Shown here piece after piece: positions 48,893 to 52,593 of a DNA stretch of 52,593 nucleotides. The translations under genes and the position numbers were made by a program. Position 1 is the first letter of the stretch, and every line of letters starts with the position of its first letter. Below the pieces are notes generated by a model, which was given only the letters and a program-made list of their open reading frames with translations, had not been told where the DNA came from and made no database searches. The DNA lies in the NCBI GenBank assembly GCA_964584685.1, contig CAZPBJ010000012.1, forward strand, positions 1 to 52,593, written 5' to 3'. This stretch comes from an uncultured Christensenella sp. Lineage in GTDB: Bacteria; Bacillota; Clostridia; Christensenellales; Aristaeellaceae.

Positions 48893-50110
48893 ATGAATCC
48901 CATTCAAAGTGACACAGGAAATGAATTGATGGCGTATGTTCGCAGCCATCAGGCAATCAATACGCATTCGCATCATCTGCCTGACAGCGCATTCAAGGAT
49001 TTCTCCCTTGACAGCCTGCTGAAACGGTCCTATGTGGACTGGTGCGGGGTCAAGTTTGACAATACACAAGCCGGACGCAGCGCGTATCTGGAAAAGGTTC
49101 GGTACAAGTCTTACTTCATATGGCTTCAAAAAAGCATCGGTGAATTGTATGGCCTTGACGAGCCGCTGACAGCGGACAATTGGGAGAAGACTTCCCGGCT
49201 TATCACCGCTTCGCACCGGGACGGGTCCTTTCACCTGCGTATCCTGAAAGAGGACTGCAAGTACGCCAATATCCTCCTGGATACCTATTGGGAGCCGGGC
49301 GGTGACAACGGGCACGCGGATGTGTTTTCCCCCGTTTTCAGGGTGGATCCCCTGTTCTTTGCCTATGCGCAGGGCGCTAAAGACCATGACGGCAACAGCC
49401 CTGCCACTTTGTATGGCGGACATCCCGATAATCTGGCGGACTATCTGATGTGGGTCAGGCAATTGGCCGCTCAAAAAAAGAGCTCGGGGTGCATAGCCCT
49501 GAAAAGCGCTGTCGCCTACGACCGGAGCCTTGCGTTTCGTAAGGTGACCAAAGAGCAAGCCGGAAAAGTCTTTAGGTTAAGGGCTGATGAAATCACAAAG
49601 GAGGATATCGCGGATTTCCAGGATTACCTCTTTTACTATATATGCGAACTGGCCGCCGAATTCTCCCTGCCTTTACAGTGCCATACGGGTTTGGGGCAAT
49701 TGACAGGCACCCGCGCCATGGCGCTCAAGGAAGTTATCCGGGCCAATCCCCATACCAGATTTGTCCTCTTCCACTGCAGCTATCCCTGGATGGATGATAT
49801 CAGCGGGCTTCTGCATGTTTACCCAAATGTGTACCCGGACCTGTGCTGGCTGCCGCTCTTGTCCCCGTCAGCGGCGCAAAGAATACTCCACGAGCTGATA
49901 GAGGTTGGAACCTCGGACAAAGTCTGCTGGGGCTGCGATACATGGACATCGGAAGAAAGTTACGGGGCGCTGCTGGCCTTTCAATCGGTTCTTGTCAAGG
50001 TTCTCCAGGAGAAAATCGGCAGCGGCTACTTGTCGATGCCTGACGCAAAACAGGTCATCGACAACCTGATGGAAAACAACGCGGCAAACCTGTATCGATT
50101 AGGCCGGTAA
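48893..50110 (+). CDS. amidohydrolase-family (TIM-barrel metal-dependent hydrolase) protein
   Basis: N-terminal HSHH metal-binding motif, downstream His and Asp (CWGCDTW), 405 aa. Confidence 0.65.
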   Translation: MNPIQSDTGNELMAYVRSHQAINTHSHHLPDSAFKDFSLDSLLKRSYVDWCGVKFDNTQAGRSAYLEKVRYKSYFIWLQKSIGELYGLDEPLTADNWEKTSRLITASHRDGSFHLRILKEDCKYANILLDTYWEPGGDNGHADVFSPVFRVDPLFFAYAQGAKDHDGNSPATLYGGHPDNLADYLMWVRQLAAQKKSSGCIALKSAVAYDRSLAFRKVTKEQAGKVFRLRADEITKEDIADFQDYLFYYICELAAEFSLPLQCHTGLGQLTGTRAMALKEVIRANPHTRFVLFHCSYPWMDDISGLLHVYPNVYPDLCWLPLLSPSAAQRILHELIEVGTSDKVCWGCDTWTSEESYGALLAFQSVLVKVLQEKIGSGYLSMPDAKQVIDNLMENNAANLYRLGR

Positions 50111-50218
50111 GGCTTGTGCATGATGAGACCCTTCACGGCAGCACCTTCCCCACCGAGGCATGACCCTTGGATATCCCCCGCTTCTCCCGCAAGGACATGC
50201 CATACGCCATCGTTAAGT

Positions 50219-50246
50219 ATAAAAAACCCGTCATAGCAGACGGGTT
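50219..50246 (-). terminator. rho-independent terminator of the surface-protein gene
   Basis: On the minus strand: AACCCGTC-TGCTAT-GACGGGTT stem-loop followed by TTTTTTAT, 15 nt after the stop codon. Confidence 0.65.
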
Positions 50247-50260
50247 AGGGTCCATATTGA

Positions 50261-52593
50261 TCAGATGGGTGCGGCTGTGATCTCCAGGGTGCCATTCTGT
50301 GCAGGGTCAAAAGTGTAGCAATACGTCACATCCTCGCCGCTTCGTGTGACCCGGAAGGAAGCCACGACATTTTCCGCGATGCCAACCTCGGTGATGCTGC
50401 CTGCGATGCCGGCGCTGAGGATATCTCCGGTGGACAGTTCATACGTGTTATTGGGCTTCAGCTCAGCCGACAGCCCGGCACCATTAAAACTCAGGGTGTA
50501 AGTGTTATCTTCCAAAGCGCCGCCATCGTATGGTTTCTGCGCGGAAGCGGCGATGATGGTCATCTTGACCGGATTCCTGGTGACCGTCAGTTCACCCTCA
50601 ATCAGGGTAACGGCATAATCACCGCTGACATCCCGGCCGGCCGAATCGGTGACCGTATAGCCGGCAACTTTGTTTTGCGTACTGCCCACCAGGGTGATGC
50701 TGCCCTCGGTCTTGACCGTCAGGCTGTGCCCCGCGGACAATGCGGAAGTATTCGCCTCATAGTCAGCCGCTGAAAGCGGTGTGCCGTCGTAGGCTTTTTG
50801 TGCGCTGGCAGCCGTTATCCTAAGCGGGATCAGCGGTGGCTTGGGAGTAGCCGTGGGTTCAGCTGTTGGTTCAGCGGTAGGTTCTGCCGTCGGTGCTGCG
50901 GTTGGCTCGGATGTTGGTTCAGCTGTCGGCTCACTTGTCGGTTCGGCTGTTGGTTCAGCTGTCGGTTCAGTGGTTGTCTCAGCAGTCGTTTCAGAGATGG
51001 GTTCAACGGTAGGTTCTGTTGTCGGTTCCTCTGTAGGTTCAGCAGTCGGCTCTGCAGTCGGTTCGGCTGTTGTTTCAGCTGTAGACTCAGCTGTGGGCTC
51101 GGCTGTTGATTCCGCGGTCGGCTCAGCTGTTGGTTCGGTTGTAGACTCACTTGTCGGTTCGGCTGATGGTTCGGCTGTAGACTCACTTGTCGGTTCGGTG
51201 ATTGGTTCGACAGTTGGATCAGCGGTCGGATCGCTTTCAGGTTCATCAGTTGGTTCCGCGGTCAGCTCAGCGGAGGGTTCAATGGTTACCTCTGCGGTTG
51301 GCTCAGCTGTAGGTTCGGCTGTTTGTTCTGTGGTCGGCTTTGCTGTCGATTCATCAGTTGACGCATAGAACAAAGTGACTTCTGTTTCCATAGAAACGCC
51401 TGTTTCAGTGACGGGTACCATTGGCTCTTGCCCGTCCGGCTCAAGGGATGGTTCCGAAGATGGTTCAACTGTCGATTCATCGCTTGGTTCGGCAGTAAGT
51501 TCGGCTGTAGGCTCAACAGATGGTTCCGCGTCAAGTTCCGCTGCTGTATCTTCCGTCGGTTCAACCGTCGGTGCATAGAACAAAGTGACTTCTTCTTCCA
51601 AGGGAGTGCTTGTTTCGGTGAGGGGTTCAACGGATGGCTCCGCGGTCAACTCGGCGGTCTGTTCGGCAACTATATCAACTGTTGGTTCGGTATTTATCTC
51701 GGCTGTCACGTCAGCGGATACATCTGCTGTAGGTTCCGCGGCTAATTCAGTTTCAGATATGACCATTTGTCCATCAGTCTGATCTGATGTAGAATCAATC
51801 GTTTGTTCTGTTGTTATAGCGTCAATGGGCTCGATCGCAAATTCATCTGTCAACTCAACCGTCAAGGAATCTATTTGCGTTAAGTCATTGTTATTCAATG
51901 AATCCATCTCGCTGACCGATTCGGTTCCCAAGCTGAGTAAAGACATCATGCCAGGATCAGGCTGCAGCAGAGAATCGTTTGTAAGCAGCAGCTCATAGTC
52001 GGAAGTTGCTAATGAAAGCACTACACCTGACATAGTCACATTAGCAAGATCTGTCAGCATGTTTGAAACAGGAGTGCTATAATACAAAGGACCTGAGGGA
52101 GGTGTGATTACAATCCTGAAATATGTAATACTGGCATTGTTTCTCCATCCGTTCCCGTTTATTGTATATGTTTGCGATGTAGACACAGGTGTCAGGTCTT
52201 CATACCACTGGTAGGTTACTGGTATTGCACTGGGAATCACATTGGCCGTGAGAGATATCCCACCATTGTTCAAAAGCGTGTAACTGATTGTCACGCCAAG
52301 CACCGGGCCAAGGGAAACGTTGCTGTAGAAGGCTGTTCCGCTTGAGTTTGTAGCCTTCAGCCTGATATACTTTCCCGCATCTGCATTTGTAGCTGTATAC
52401 GTTGCGCCGGTCTGTCCGGTAAGGTCCCAGTACGTGCCGGATAATGTATCGGCTCGCTGCCACTGAAGAGTGTATTGTTCGCCTATCGGTGAAGCAATAG
52501 CGGAAGTAAGCACCTGCCCTGCAGCCGGAATGCCACCAATAGTCACGCCCAGAACGGCAAAGGGTACGCTCTCTCTTACAACGCCGGTATAGA
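50261..52593 (-). CDS. giant cell-surface protein (5' end beyond window) with Ig-like/MBG-type YDG repeats and a long (T/S)AEP low-complexity linker
   Basis: The frame is open to the window edge. C-terminal repeated AQKAYDGTPL..YTVT..GDYAVT..GELTVT modules. About 50 tandem TAEP/TSEP/TEEP tetrapeptides, plus two ~70-aa EVTLFYA.T repeats. Confidence 0.7.
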   Translation of the reverse strand, partial: YTGVVRESVPFAVLGVTIGGIPAAGQVLTSAIASPIGEQYTLQWQRADTLSGTYWDLTGQTGATYTATNADAGKYIRLKATNSSGTAFYSNVSLGPVLGVTISYTLLNNGGISLTANVIPSAIPVTYQWYEDLTPVSTSQTYTINGNGWRNNASITYFRIVITPPSGPLYYSTPVSNMLTDLANVTMSGVVLSLATSDYELLLTNDSLLQPDPGMMSLLSLGTESVSEMDSLNNNDLTQIDSLTVELTDEFAIEPIDAITTEQTIDSTSDQTDGQMVISETELAAEPTADVSADVTAEINTEPTVDIVAEQTAELTAEPSVEPLTETSTPLEEEVTLFYAPTVEPTEDTAAELDAEPSVEPTAELTAEPSDESTVEPSSEPSLEPDGQEPMVPVTETGVSMETEVTLFYASTDESTAKPTTEQTAEPTAEPTAEVTIEPSAELTAEPTDEPESDPTADPTVEPITEPTSESTAEPSAEPTSESTTEPTAEPTAESTAEPTAESTAETTAEPTAEPTAEPTEEPTTEPTVEPISETTAETTTEPTAEPTAEPTSEPTAEPTSEPTAAPTAEPTAEPTAEPTATPKPPLIPLRITAASAQKAYDGTPLSAADYEANTSALSAGHSLTVKTEGSITLVGSTQNKVAGYTVTDSAGRDVSGDYAVTLIEGELTVTRNPVKMTIIAASAQKPYDGGALEDNTYTLSFNGAGLSAELKPNNTYELSTGDILSAGIAGSITEVGIAENVVASFRVTRSGEDVTYCYTFDPAQNGTLEITAAPI
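50830..51370. repeat. 12-bp-period coding tandem repeat array (GGTTCRGCTGTY, about 50 units) inside the surface-protein gene
   Basis: Direct reading of sequence. Additional ~215-bp imperfect direct repeats at about 51352 and about 51567 (GCATAGAACAAAGTGACTTCT...). Confidence 0.7.

Noticed and set aside
50830-51370. Regular short repeats: CRISPR array?
   Set aside because: The 12-bp period is far too short for repeat-spacer units. There are no unique spacers. It lies inside an open reading frame encoding TAEP repeats, and there are no cas genes.

Overview
52.6-kb chromosomal window from a high-GC (about 60%) Gram-positive anaerobe, probably Clostridia. It is dominated by carbohydrate uptake and degradation genes and gene-dense on both strands. 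The high GC generates many long spurious antisense ORFs.

Layout:
(1) 37-4040 (minus strand): a sugar ABC importer (substrate-binding protein plus two permeases) followed by a PfkB-family sugar kinase.
(2) 4203-5072: a hypothetical protein with prenyltransferase-like QxxDGxW repeats.
(3) 5471-18280 (plus strand): a tightly translationally coupled 9-gene operon. A 946-aa substrate-binding protein with N-terminal tandem CBM-like repeats and two permeases are followed by a secreted NHL-repeat beta-propeller, a Yip1 membrane protein, an 857-aa membrane-anchored DUF5696-like protein, two more permeases and a second substrate-binding protein.
(4) 18369-25707: GH5 lipoprotein, GH10 xylanase, a membrane protein, GH31 (YicI-like alpha-xylosidase), a zinc-ribbon membrane protein and GH29 alpha-L-fucosidase, consistent with a xyloglucan/hemicellulose utilisation locus.
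(5) 25773-28343: a modular leucine-rich-repeat surface protein split by a single in-frame TAA.
(6) 28741-30138: a flotillin/SPFH protein.
(7) about 30150-31460: a low-GC islet containing a signal-peptide ORF interrupted by an in-frame TAG.
(8) 31541-32475: an IS200/RAYT-type HUH tyrosine transposase gene (31576-32346) flanked by two inverted copies of a 30-bp REP-like palindrome. A third copy lies at 25732.
(9) gltB-gltD, nadE, a Gfo/Idh/MocA oxidoreductase and a third sugar ABC importer on the minus strand.
(10) 44777-47197: an orphan phage/plasmid-type primase-helicase.
(11) A tandem class II aldolase and an amidohydrolase.
(12) 50261 to beyond the window end: a giant surface protein with about 50 (T/S)AEP tetrapeptide repeats.

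No rRNA, tRNA or CRISPR were recognised. All family assignments are from motif recognition by eye; no searches were run.
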